A stretch of 64,000 nt of DNA from Gemmatimonadales bacterium (GTDB lineage Bacteria; Gemmatimonadota; Gemmatimonadetes; Gemmatimonadales; GWC2-71-9): NCBI GenBank assembly GCA_037189525.1, contig JBBCJC010000003.1, forward strand, positions 535,609 through 599,608, given 5' to 3'. Under the pieces are notes generated by a model. The model worked only from the letters and a program-made list of their open reading frames with translations. It was not told the DNA's origin and did not search any database. Shown here piece by piece: positions 31,452 through 40,567 of the stretch. The translations under genes and the position numbers were made by a program. Within the stretch, counting starts at the first letter, position 1. Every line of letters starts with the position of its first letter.

Positions 31452-32699
31452 GTGACGACCGAGCTACTGCCGATCGACCGGATGGCAGCGGGCGGCGTCG
31501 GCGTCGGGCGCCTGGCGGACGGGCGCGTGGCTTTCGTGCCGCGTACCGCGCCGGGCGACCGGGTCGAGATGCGGGTGATGCAGGTGGCGCCGCGGTTCGT
31601 GCGCGGCCGCCTGGTGCGCATCGTCGAGCCCGGCCCCGACCGGACCGAGCCCGGGTGTCCGCACTATGTCGCCGATGAATGCGGCGGGTGCCAGCTCCAG
31701 CATCTGTCGGCCGAGGCCCAGCGGCTGGCCCGACGCGCCATCGTGGGCGACGCGATCCGGCGGATCGGCAAGCTGGCGGCCGACGATCCGCCGCTGGTCC
31801 CGGCCGCCGCGGAATGGGGCTACCGGGCCAAGATCTCCCTGAGCCGACGGTCCAACGGGGCGGTGGGCTATCATCGGTACGATCGCCCCGGCGAGATCTT
31901 TCCGGTGCGCGAGTGTCCCATCGCGGCTGAGGGCATCAACCGCCTGCTGAGCCGGCTGCGCCAGAGCCGTCCGGACCTGCCGCGTCACCTGGCTCGGCTG
32001 GTGCTTCGGCTCGACCGGTCGGGAGCGGAGCACGTCGTCGTGGAAACCGGGGAGGGGCCGGTGTGGCAGGGCGGCCGCGCGCTCCATGCGGCCATCCAGG
32101 CCGAGGCGCCGCTCACGATCTGGTGGCGCCAGGCGGGTGAGGCGCCGCGGGCCGTGGCCGGGAGTGACAGCGCCTATCCGCCGACGGCGTTCGAGCAGGT
32201 CAATCCGGTCATGGGCGACCGGGTTCGGGCGGCGGCGGTGGAGCGCCTGGGTGCGGTCGGGGGGCGGTCGGTCTGGGATCTCTATGCCGGCATTGGGGAA
32301 ACCAGCACCATGCTCGCCGAAGGCGGCGCGGACGTTGTCAGCGTCGAGTGGGACCGCAGCGCCGTGGCCGAGTCGGCTCGGCGGCAGGCGTCCTTTGGCC
32401 GGCAGATCGAGCGGATCGCCGGCGCCGTCGAGCGGGTCATCGGATCGCTCGGCCGCCCGGACCGGGTGGTGGTCAATCCGCCCCGGTCCGGGATGGCAGC
32501 TGCGGTGGTCGACGGTCTCCGGGAGCGGCGTCCGGAGCGGATCGTCTATGTCTCCTGTGATCCGGCAACGCTGGGCCGGGACCTGGCCCGTCTGGTCGGG
32601 TCGGGGCCGCCGGCCTATCGGCTCGTGAGCCTGGAAGCCTTCGATCTCTTCCCTCAGACGGCCCATGTGGAAACCGTGGCCGTGATGGAGCGGGCATGA
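31452..32699 (+). CDS. TRAM-domain m5U RNA methyltransferase (RlmD/TrmA family)
   Basis: CPHY..CGGCQLQH Fe-S motif, FEQVN, DLYAGIG, NPPRSG, YVSCDPATL, DLFPQTAHVE. Confidence 0.9.
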   Translation: MTTELLPIDRMAAGGVGVGRLADGRVAFVPRTAPGDRVEMRVMQVAPRFVRGRLVRIVEPGPDRTEPGCPHYVADECGGCQLQHLSAEAQRLARRAIVGDAIRRIGKLAADDPPLVPAAAEWGYRAKISLSRRSNGAVGYHRYDRPGEIFPVRECPIAAEGINRLLSRLRQSRPDLPRHLARLVLRLDRSGAEHVVVETGEGPVWQGGRALHAAIQAEAPLTIWWRQAGEAPRAVAGSDSAYPPTAFEQVNPVMGDRVRAAAVERLGAVGGRSVWDLYAGIGETSTMLAEGGADVVSVEWDRSAVAESARRQASFGRQIERIAGAVERVIGSLGRPDRVVVNPPRSGMAAAVVDGLRERRPERIVYVSCDPATLGRDLARLVGSGPPAYRLVSLEAFDLFPQTAHVETVAVMERA

Positions 32700-33211
32700 A
32701 ATACGTCGTGACGATTGCGGGTCAGCAGGTCGAGGTCGAGGTGATGCCCGAAGGGGTCCGGGTCGGCGGGACGCTCCGCCGGGCGGAACTCCGGCGGGTT
32801 CCGGGGACCCCGCTCGCCAACCTCCTGCTGGATGACTCCTCCTGGATCGTGACCTTGTCTCCGGGCAAGCCGGGAGAGTGGGCCCTGCAGCGGCGTGGCG
32901 AGCGGTTCGAGGTCGACGTGGTCGATGAACGGACCCGTCACATCCGGAGCCTGGTGGGCGAGGGCAAGGCCCAGGGCGGGCCGGTGGTGCTCAAGGCGCC
33001 GATGCCGGGGCTGGTGGTCCGGGTCCTGGTGGAGCCGGGCCAGTCGGTCGTGGCGGGCCAGGGCCTGGTCGTTCTCGAGGCCATGAAGATGGAAAACGAG
33101 CTCAAAGCGGCCGGCCCGGGCATCGTCGACCAGATCCTGGCCACGCCCGGACAGGCCGTCGAGAAAGGGGCGCAGCTGATCACCTTTGCCGCACCACCGG
33201 CGGCCTCCTGA
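32696..33211 (+). CDS. Biotin carboxyl carrier protein
   Basis: KAPMPG...LEAMKMENE biotinylation motif. Confidence 0.93.
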   Translation: MKYVVTIAGQQVEVEVMPEGVRVGGTLRRAELRRVPGTPLANLLLDDSSWIVTLSPGKPGEWALQRRGERFEVDVVDERTRHIRSLVGEGKAQGGPVVLKAPMPGLVVRVLVEPGQSVVAGQGLVVLEAMKMENELKAAGPGIVDQILATPGQAVEKGAQLITFAAPPAAS

Positions 33212-33273
33212 CGGCGAGGAGACCCCGACGCCCCCGGACCTGAGCCGCGACAGGCGTGCCGGCCGGGGTTAAA

Positions 33274-33304
33274 CTTGACCTAAGTCAAGCCCCCACAGTA
33301 TTAT
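33274..33304 (+). promoter_or_regulatory. rplM-rpsI promoter with an overlapping inverted repeat
   Basis: TTGACC(33275-33280), 18-bp spacer, TATTAT(33299-33304); CTTGAC-CTAA-GTCAAG palindrome at 33274-33289. Confidence 0.6.
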
Positions 33305-33360
33305 TCATGGCTCCGCGATAATCGCGACGAGCGCCGAACATAGAGGATGCACGCACGGCC

Positions 33361-33804
33361 ATGAAGACTTTTTCGGAGCGAACGCAAGACGTTCAGCACG
33401 GCTGGCATGTCGTTGATGCCAGCGGGGTCCCGCTTGGGCGCCTCGCGAGCACCGTTGCGCAGCTCATTCGAGGGAAGCACAAACCGACCTTCACGCCGCA
33501 CGTCGACGGGGGCGATTTCGTCATCGTCGTCAACGCGGACAAGGTCAAGTTGACCGGGACCAAGCTCGAGAACAAGCGGGCCTTCCGGCACACCGGCTAC
33601 ATGGGTCACGAGCGGTTCACGCCGGTCAAGGACCTCCTGGCCAAGCACCCGGATCGCGTGATTCAGAAGGCGGTCTTCGGGATGCTGCCCAAGAACGCGC
33701 TCTCGAAGCAGCGCCTGCGCGGCAAGCTCAAGGTGTATGCCGGCGAGAGCCATCCGCATGCTGCGCAGAGTCCGAAAGCTTACCCGATCAAGGTGTCCGC
33801 ATGA
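33361..33804 (+). CDS. rplM: 50S ribosomal protein L13
   Basis: WHVVDA..LGRLAS..LIRGKHKPTFTPHVDGGD..GMLPKN. Confidence 0.98.
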   Translation: MKTFSERTQDVQHGWHVVDASGVPLGRLASTVAQLIRGKHKPTFTPHVDGGDFVIVVNADKVKLTGTKLENKRAFRHTGYMGHERFTPVKDLLAKHPDRVIQKAVFGMLPKNALSKQRLRGKLKVYAGESHPHAAQSPKAYPIKVSA

Positions 33805-34205
33805 CCGCGAGTCCCGAATTGCTGCGTTGGCATGGCGTTGGCCGCCGCAAGACCAGTGTTGCCCGCGTCTACCTCACGCCCGGAACCGGGAAGTGGGAAG
33901 TCAACGGCCGGACGCTGGGCGATTACTTCCCGCGTCCCTCGCTGGTCCAGCACATCCAGCAGCCGTTTTCGGCGACCGACACGCTGGGTGCCTTCGACGT
34001 GCGGGCGCATTGTGATGGCGGCGGGGTGACCGGTCAGGCCGGCGCGCTCCGGTTGGGCATTGCCCGGGCGTTGCTCGAGGTCGATGGTATGCATCGCACC
34101 AAGCTGCGCGCCGGCGGATTGCTGACCCGCGACCCGCGTGCGGTCGAGCGGAAGAAGCCGGGTCGTCCCGGCGCCCGGAAGCGGTTCCAGTTCAGCAAGC
34201 GGTAA
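33801..34205 (+). CDS. rpsI: 30S ribosomal protein S9
   Basis: GRRKTSVARV, GGGVTGQAGA, LTRDPRAVERKK..FQFSKR. Confidence 0.98.
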   Translation: MTASPELLRWHGVGRRKTSVARVYLTPGTGKWEVNGRTLGDYFPRPSLVQHIQQPFSATDTLGAFDVRAHCDGGGVTGQAGALRLGIARALLEVDGMHRTKLRAGGLLTRDPRAVERKKPGRPGARKRFQFSKR

Positions 34206-34263
34206 TCACAGCGGATTGGCGGGCGGCTCCGGAGTTTTCTCCTGGCCGCCGCCGATCCGAACG

Positions 34264-34341
34264 ACACACATCGCCGGATCGATTGCGGGGTGCCCTGCGG
34301 GGTTCGTGATCGAGACGATGGCGGTGGCGGATCAAACCCGA
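34264..34341 (+). promoter_or_regulatory. S2 (rpsB / t44-type) leader RNA
   Basis: ACACAC...CGGGGTGCCC...GGGGT...GTGGCGGATCAAACCC has the layout of the rpsB autoregulatory leader; stems ATCGCC/GGCGGT and TCGATTGCGG/TCGTGATCGA. Confidence 0.75.
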
Positions 34342-34366
34342 ATACTTGGAAGGATTTGTTCTTCGA

Positions 34367-35263
34367 ATGGCGCTGCCTGAACTGCAGGAACTGCTCGACG
34401 CAGGTGTTCATTTCGGTCACCAGACCCGCCGGTGGAATCCGAAGATGCGGCGATTCATCTTCGCTGAACGCTCCGGGATCTACCTGATCGACCTCCAGAA
34501 GACCCGCACCCAGATTGCCAAGGCGCAGGAGCTGATCAAGTCGGTGGTGACGCGGGGCGAGAACGTCCTCTTCGTCTGCACTAAGAAGCAGCTCAAGGCG
34601 CTGGTCCAGGTCGATGCCGCCGAGTGCAATGCGCTCTGGGTCACCGAGCGGTGGCTGGGCGGGACGCTCACCAATTTCCAGACCATCAAGCGTCAGATTC
34701 GGCGCCTGCGGGAGCTGGAGCAGGGTGCGACCGACGGCGATTTCGACAACTACACCAAGAAAGAAAAGCTGCTGTTCGAGCGTGAGCGGGTCAAACTGTC
34801 CCGGTACCTCGAAGGCGTGAAGCAGATGAGCCGTCTCCCCGGCGCGATCTTCGTGGTCGATGCCAAGAAGGAGCGGATCGCGATTCAGGAAGCCAACAAG
34901 CTGGGCATTCCGGTGGTCGCGATCGTCGATACCAATGCCGATCCGGACGTCGTGACGGTGCCGATTCCGGGCAACGACGACGCGATCCGGTCGGTGGGCC
35001 TGATCACGCGGGCGTTGGCCGAGACGGTCAAGGAAGGCCGGATGGCGGCGCCGACGCGTGATAGCGCGGACGATGCCGAATCCGAGACCTACAGCACCGA
35101 TGCCGGCAGCGAGGGCGAGGGCGATGGAGATCGTCGCCGGCGCCGGGCGGGTGCTCCGGCTGGCGGCGGCGGGGCCGGTGGCGCCCGTAAGCGGCGGCCG
35201 AAGCCCGAAGCCATCGCGGCGCGGCTCAAGACGGATGGCGATGCACCGGCGGGAGACGCCTGA
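34367..35263 (+). CDS. rpsB: 30S ribosomal protein S2
   Basis: AGVHFGHQTRRWNPKM, RWLGGTLTN, DTNADPD, PGNDDAIRS. Confidence 0.98.
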   Translation: MALPELQELLDAGVHFGHQTRRWNPKMRRFIFAERSGIYLIDLQKTRTQIAKAQELIKSVVTRGENVLFVCTKKQLKALVQVDAAECNALWVTERWLGGTLTNFQTIKRQIRRLRELEQGATDGDFDNYTKKEKLLFERERVKLSRYLEGVKQMSRLPGAIFVVDAKKERIAIQEANKLGIPVVAIVDTNADPDVVTVPIPGNDDAIRSVGLITRALAETVKEGRMAAPTRDSADDAESETYSTDAGSEGEGDGDRRRRRAGAPAGGGGAGGARKRRPKPEAIAARLKTDGDAPAGDA

Positions 35264-35411
35264 CCGGCTCGCCGACCAAGCGCCTCTGATCCAGTTGCCG
35301 CCGCGCAATGGCCCCCGAGGGTCGTTCGCGGCGGCGTCGTATCGGACTGCAGCATCGGCGCCGTTTCCAAGTGTGGATCAATTCTTTACTCCGTAAACCT
35401 GGTTGATAGAC

Positions 35412-36278
35412 ATGAGTTACAAGCCAACACCGAAAGAGATCAGCGAGCTCAGGGCCCGAACCGGCGCCGGTATCGGCGACTGCAAGGCGGCGCTCGAAGA
35501 AACCGGCGGCGACATGGAGAAGGCTGCGGAGTCGCTGCGCAAGCGCGGCATTGCCAAGGCCGAGAAGCGGGCCGGGCGGAGCGCGGGCCAGGGGCTGGTG
35601 GTCATTCACTTAGCCCAGGACGGGCGGTCGGGCGGCATCATCGAGCTCAACTGCGAAACCGACTTCGTTGCCAAGACCGACGACTTCCAGTCGCTCGCGA
35701 ACGATCTGGCGGTGCATGTCGCGGCCCACGCGCCGGAGGGCATCAAGGCCGGATCGATCGACGAGCAGTCGTTCCGCGGGAAGACGCTGGCCGAGGCGAT
35801 CAAGGAAGTCTCGGGCAAGACCGGTGAGGCGATGACCCTCAACCGCTATGCCCGGTTCGTCCAGCCCGAGGGCGTGGTGGCGTCGTACCTCCATCACAAC
35901 GGCCAGGTCGGTGTGCTGGTCGACGTGGCCGGACCCGCGGGCGACGTGCTGCTGGCGCTGGCCAAGGACGTGGCGCTCCACATCGCGTCCGCCGATCCGG
36001 TCGGCGTGACTGAGGCGGACATCCCGGCCGATCTGGTCGATCGGGAGCGCCGGATTGCCGAGGAGCAGGTGGCGGCCGAGGGTAAGCCGGAGAACATCCG
36101 GGCCAAGATCGTCGACGGCAAGGTGCGCAAGTTCGTAGCCGAGCGGACGCTGGTGGGTCAGCCGTTCGTGAAGGACGAGAACCAGTCGGTGGGCGATCTG
36201 ATCGCCGCAGCCTCGAAGGCCGCCGGGGCGACCGTCACGGTGCGCCGTTTTGCCCGCTTCAAGGTGGGTGAGGCCTAA
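35412..36278 (+). CDS. tsf: Elongation factor Ts
   Basis: [35 protein letters not shown]. Confidence 0.97.
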   Translation: MSYKPTPKEISELRARTGAGIGDCKAALEETGGDMEKAAESLRKRGIAKAEKRAGRSAGQGLVVIHLAQDGRSGGIIELNCETDFVAKTDDFQSLANDLAVHVAAHAPEGIKAGSIDEQSFRGKTLAEAIKEVSGKTGEAMTLNRYARFVQPEGVVASYLHHNGQVGVLVDVAGPAGDVLLALAKDVALHIASADPVGVTEADIPADLVDRERRIAEEQVAAEGKPENIRAKIVDGKVRKFVAERTLVGQPFVKDENQSVGDLIAAASKAAGATVTVRRFARFKVGEA

Positions 36279-36988
36279 TGGGCTTGGCGTATCGCCGAGC
36301 CCTGCTCAAGCTCTCCGGCGAGGCGCTCGCCGGGGAGCGGTCCTCCGGTCTGGACTACGGTATCGTCGAAGGCCTGGCCGGGCAGCTCAAAGGCGTGCAC
36401 GCGCAAGGGCTCCATCTGGGCCTGGTGGTCGGCGGTGGCAATATCGTGCGCGGCACGCACGCCAGTAAGGAAGGGCTCGACCGCGTCAACGCCGACTACA
36501 TGGGCATGCTGGCGACGGTCATCAATGCGCTGGCTCTGCAGGACATCCTCGAGAAAATGGAAGTGCAGACCCGGGTGATGACGGCGATTCGGATGGAGTC
36601 GCTGGCGGAGCCGTACATTCGCCGTCGCGCGGTTCGCCATCTCGAAAAAGGCCGGATGGTGATCTTTGCCGGCGGGACCGGGAATCCGTTCTTCTCGACC
36701 GACACGGCCGCGGTACTCAGGGCGCTGGAAATCGGCGCCGAGGTGATCCTCAAAGCCACCAGCGTCGACGGGATCTACACCGGAGACCCCAAGAAGGAGC
36801 CCGACGCGAAGTTCATTCCGGAGTTATCCTTCCAGGAGGCGATCGTGAAAGGGTATGCCGTGATGGATGCCAATGCGTTCGCGCTCTGCAAGGACAACAA
36901 GCTGCCGATCGTGGTCTTCAACATGAACAAACCCGGCGCCATTGCCAGAGTGCTGTCCGGGGAACGAGTGGGGACGATCGTACGATGA
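36278..36988 (+). CDS. pyrH: UMP kinase
   Basis: [27 protein letters not shown]. Confidence 0.98.
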   Translation: MGLAYRRALLKLSGEALAGERSSGLDYGIVEGLAGQLKGVHAQGLHLGLVVGGGNIVRGTHASKEGLDRVNADYMGMLATVINALALQDILEKMEVQTRVMTAIRMESLAEPYIRRRAVRHLEKGRMVIFAGGTGNPFFSTDTAAVLRALEIGAEVILKATSVDGIYTGDPKKEPDAKFIPELSFQEAIVKGYAVMDANAFALCKDNKLPIVVFNMNKPGAIARVLSGERVGTIVR

Positions 36989-37539
36989 GCCAGATTCCCG
37001 AGATCCAGAAGCACGCCCGGGAGGGCATGCACAAAGCCGTCGAGAATACCAAGCGGGAGTTCAGTTCGATCCGCACCGGCAGGGCCAGCACGCATCTGCT
37101 CGATGTGCTGCGGGTCGAGGCCTATGGCACCCATCTGCCGATCAATCAGGTCGGGATGGTCTCGGCGCCCGAGCCGCGGCTGCTGACGATCCAGGCCCAC
37201 GATAAGTCATTGATCATGCCGATCGAGAAGGCGATTCGTGAGTCCGATCTCGGTCTCAATCCGTCGACCCAGGGCAACCTGATCCGGATTCCGATTCCGC
37301 CGCTCTCGCAGGAACGGCGCAAAGACCTGATCAAGGTGATCCACAAGCTGGCCGAGGAAGGGCGGATCGCGATCCGCCACGCGCGCACCGACGCGTTGCA
37401 GAAGGTCAAGAAGGTCGAACACGTCTCCGAAGACGACAAGACCCGCGCCGAAAAGGACATTCAGAAGCTGACCGACGAGCACGTCAAGCAAGTCGACCAG
37501 CTGGTGCAGGGCAAAGAAGTGGAGATCATGGAGGTTTGA
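36985..37539 (+). CDS. frr: Ribosome recycling factor
   Basis: [30 protein letters not shown]. Confidence 0.97.
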   Translation: MSQIPEIQKHAREGMHKAVENTKREFSSIRTGRASTHLLDVLRVEAYGTHLPINQVGMVSAPEPRLLTIQAHDKSLIMPIEKAIRESDLGLNPSTQGNLIRIPIPPLSQERRKDLIKVIHKLAEEGRIAIRHARTDALQKVKKVEHVSEDDKTRAEKDIQKLTDEHVKQVDQLVQGKEVEIMEV

Positions 37540-38285
37540 CCTCCGATCCGGCGCAGGTGCTGGCGCGCGTGCAGCGTGATGGCCGGGTGCCCGGTCATGT
37601 CGCGGTGATCATGGACGGAAACGGCCGCTGGGCTGCGCAGCGGGATCTGCCGCGGACCGCCGGTCATCAGGCCGGCATGGCGACGGTCCGCCGGATCGTC
37701 GAAGCGAGTATCGCCGCGGGGGTGCGCACCCTGACTGTGTTTGCGTTCAGCCAGGAAAACTGGCAGCGCCCGCCCGAAGAGATCGATGCGCTGATGGCGC
37801 TGTTGCAGGAGTATGTCGCGACCCAGTCGGCCGAGTTGTCGGCCCAGGGCGTTCGGGTCCGCATGCTGGGCGATCTGACCCGCCTCTCGCCGGCTGCGCG
37901 CCGAGCGGTGGAGTTCGTCGAAGGCGCCACCGCTTCGGGCACCACGCTGGCGCTCAACATCTGCATTTCCTACAGCGCGCGGGCGGAACTCGTGACGGTT
38001 GCCAGGCAACTGGCGACGGACGCGGCGGCGGGTCGGATCGACCCCGCCGCGATCGACGAGGCCGATATCGCGGAGCGGCTCTACACCGCGCCCTGGGGCG
38101 ATCCGGATCTGCTGATCCGCACCTCGGGTGAGTTCCGGATTTCGAATTTCCTGCTCTGGCAACTCGCGTACGCCGAGCTCTATGTGACCCCGGTGCTGTG
38201 GCCCGATTTCGGCCCGTCCGATTTCTACGAGGCGTTACTCGACTACCAGCGTCGAGAGCGGCGTTTCGGGCGGGTCTCAGCCTGA
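37536..38285 (+). CDS. uppS: Undecaprenyl diphosphate synthase
   Basis: HVAVIMDGNGRWA, FSQENWQRP, IRTSGEFRISNFLLWQ. Confidence 0.97.
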   Translation: MTSDPAQVLARVQRDGRVPGHVAVIMDGNGRWAAQRDLPRTAGHQAGMATVRRIVEASIAAGVRTLTVFAFSQENWQRPPEEIDALMALLQEYVATQSAELSAQGVRVRMLGDLTRLSPAARRAVEFVEGATASGTTLALNICISYSARAELVTVARQLATDAAAGRIDPAAIDEADIAERLYTAPWGDPDLLIRTSGEFRISNFLLWQLAYAELYVTPVLWPDFGPSDFYEALLDYQRRERRFGRVSA

Positions 38286-38297
38286 GGACGGTTGGCC

Positions 38298-39179
38298 ATG
38301 TCGAATAACCTGCAGCGCATCCTCTTTGCCGTCATTGCCATTCCGATTGCCCTCGGGGTCGTCTACTGGGGCGACTGGCCGCTGGCGGTGCTCGTCGCGC
38401 TGATCGCCGCGCTTGGCGCGAAGGAGATGGTTTCGCTGGCGCGGCACCAGGGCCTCGCGCCGCTCGACAAACATGCCATCGCCTTTTCCACCGTCATTCC
38501 GATCGGGGTTTGGCTGACCTACGGCGGCCAGCCGATTGCCTGGGGTAATTTCGCGCTGACGTCGCTGATGCCCTCGGTCTGGTTTACCCTGGCCGGTACG
38601 GTCATCTGGATTCTGACCGCGACCCTGATCCGTCGCAATCCCGATGAGCGCCCGCTCGGCGTGGCAAGCGTCACCTTACTGGTGCCCCTCTACTGCGCCG
38701 TCCTGCCCAGCTTTCTTCTGGGGATCCGGTATGCCACAGGGCTCGGCCGGAGTTGGGAAGCGACCGCGGCAGTCTTCTTTCCGCTGGCGGTGACCTGGAT
38801 CTGTGACACCGCCGCGATGTACGCGGGCAAGGCCATCGGCGGAGCGAAGCTTGCACCGGTTGTGAGCCCCGGTAAGACACGGGCTGGGTCGGTCGCCGGG
38901 CTGATTGCGGGCCTGGTCACCGCGGTCCTGTTCAATCGGCTGGTGATGACGCCGTTAGGGTTCACCATCAGCGATCTCGAAGCCGTGGCGTTCGGCGTGG
39001 TGCTGTCGGTTGCTGCGCAAATCGGTGACCTGGCCGAGTCGCTCTTCAAGCGGGAGGCGGGGGTCAAGGACTCGAGCGGGCTGATTCCGGGCCATGGCGG
39101 AGTTCTCGATCGCTTCGACGCACTGTACTTCGTGGTGCCGATCGCGGCGATGCTCTACAGCATCTTCGGCGTGATCTGA
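38298..39179 (+). CDS. cdsA: Phosphatidate cytidylyltransferase
   Basis: Multi-TM protein; SPGKT, GDLAESLFKR..GVKDS..IPGHGGVLDRFD. Confidence 0.96.
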   Translation: MSNNLQRILFAVIAIPIALGVVYWGDWPLAVLVALIAALGAKEMVSLARHQGLAPLDKHAIAFSTVIPIGVWLTYGGQPIAWGNFALTSLMPSVWFTLAGTVIWILTATLIRRNPDERPLGVASVTLLVPLYCAVLPSFLLGIRYATGLGRSWEATAAVFFPLAVTWICDTAAMYAGKAIGGAKLAPVVSPGKTRAGSVAGLIAGLVTAVLFNRLVMTPLGFTISDLEAVAFGVVLSVAAQIGDLAESLFKREAGVKDSSGLIPGHGGVLDRFDALYFVVPIAAMLYSIFGVI

Positions 39180-39187
39180 TTCCAGCC

Positions 39188-40321
39188 ATGCGCGGTGTTG
39201 CCGTCTTGGGATCGACCGGGTCGATCGGTTGTTCCACGCTCGATGTGCTGCGCCGGCACCGCGACCGTTTCCGCTTGGTGGCGCTCACCGCCGGTACCAA
39301 TGCCGCAGCGCTTGATGCGCAGGTGGCGGAGTGGCAACCGGTGTTTGCCGGCCTGGTCAACGGCACGGTCGGCGGCAGCCGGGCCAACGGGACGGCCTGT
39401 CTGGTCGAGGCCGCCACCCATCCCGATGTCGATATCGTCGTCAATGCCGTGGTCGGATTTGCCGGACTCGAAGCGACGCTCGCGGCGCTGGAAGCGGGCA
39501 AGCGGGTTGCCCTGGCCAACAAGGAGTCGCTGGTCGCTGCGGCATCGCTGGTCGAACGGGCCCGCCGCAGGGGCGGCGGGGAACTGGTGCCGGTCGATTC
39601 GGAGCATAGCGCGGTGCTCCAGTGCCTCACGACCGACGGCCCGCGTCCGACCCGGCTGATTCTCACGGCTTCCGGCGGACCGTTTCGCGACTGGCCCGCC
39701 GATCGGGTGGTGGCCGCCACGGTGTCCGAGGCGCTGCAGCATCCGACCTGGCGGATGGGTAGCAAGATCACGGTCGACAGCGCGACGCTGGCCAACAAGG
39801 CGCTCGAGGTCATCGAGGCGCATGTTTTGTTCGATCTCCCGTACGATGCGATCGACGTCGTGGTGCATCCGCAGAGCGTGGTGCATGCGTTCGTCGAGTT
39901 TGCCGATGGCAGCGTGCTGAGCCAGCTCGGCTATCCGTCGATGGAATTGCCCATCCTCTATGCGCTGACCTATCCGGAGCGGTTGCCGGATGCGGGCGTT
40001 CGCCGGTTCGATCCGGTCACGGCCGGTCCGCTCACCTTCGAGCCGGTTCGTCACGATGTGTTCCGTACCTTTGCGATCGGCGTGGCCGCCGGCCGCGCAG
40101 GCGGTACGGCGCCGGCCGTGTTCAACGCAGCCAACGAAGTGGTGGTTGCGGCGTTCCTGGCCGAGGAGATCGGATTTGGCCGGATTGCTGAAGTGGTCGA
40201 TCAGGTGCTGGGGTTGCATCGGACCGAACCGGCCGACGACCTCGTCGCGATTCGGCGGGCGGATGCCTGGGCCCGCACGGCCGCGCGGGCTACCATCGAG
40301 GGCACGCGGGCCGGGGTGTAA
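39188..40321 (+). CDS. dxr: 1-deoxy-D-xylulose 5-phosphate reductoisomerase
   Basis: LGSTGSIG, LANKESLV, PVDSEH, HPTWRMGSKITVDSAT, NAANE. Confidence 0.97.
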   Translation: MRGVAVLGSTGSIGCSTLDVLRRHRDRFRLVALTAGTNAAALDAQVAEWQPVFAGLVNGTVGGSRANGTACLVEAATHPDVDIVVNAVVGFAGLEATLAALEAGKRVALANKESLVAAASLVERARRRGGGELVPVDSEHSAVLQCLTTDGPRPTRLILTASGGPFRDWPADRVVAATVSEALQHPTWRMGSKITVDSATLANKALEVIEAHVLFDLPYDAIDVVVHPQSVVHAFVEFADGSVLSQLGYPSMELPILYALTYPERLPDAGVRRFDPVTAGPLTFEPVRHDVFRTFAIGVAAGRAGGTAPAVFNAANEVVVAAFLAEEIGFGRIAEVVDQVLGLHRTEPADDLVAIRRADAWARTAARATIEGTRAGV

Positions 40322-40356
40322 CGCCGTCTGTTACTCGATGGGGGTGGGGGGTGGGC

Positions 40357-40385
40357 TTGCGCAAATCCTAACGACTTCCCAGATT
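40357..40385 (+). promoter_or_regulatory. Putative promoter of the aromatic-amino-acid operon leader
   Basis: TTGCGC(40357-40362), 17-bp spacer, CAGATT(40380-40385); predicted +1 at about the leader ATG (40392). Confidence 0.45.
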
Positions 40386-40391
40386 AGAAAC

Positions 40392-40487
40392 ATGCGCTCG
40401 ACCCGATTCTATTCGTTTGCGACCTATTTTACCTACGCGGCGTATTTTGCCAGCGGGGGAGTGGCTCGCATGCGTAGATCAGGCTGA
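40392..40487 (+). CDS. Phe/Tyr-rich attenuator leader peptide (31 aa)
   Basis: [31 protein letters not shown]: 4 Phe and 4 Tyr in codons 6-19, directly upstream of a terminator and of aroF-pheA-aroH. Confidence 0.85.
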   Translation: MRSTRFYSFATYFTYAAYFASGGVARMRRSG

Positions 40488-40514
40488 CAGTAGCGCCAGA
40501 CGCAAGCGAACCAC

Positions 40515-40546
40515 GGCCCCCGCAAATCGCGGGGGCCTTTTTGTTT
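40515..40546 (+). terminator. Attenuator (intrinsic terminator)
   Basis: GGCCCCCGC-aaatc-GCGGGGGCC followed by TTTTTGTTT. Its 5' arm can alternatively pair with GCGGGGG at 40453-40459. Confidence 0.88.
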
Positions 40547-40567
40547 GCCCAAAGCCCCGAGGATCCG

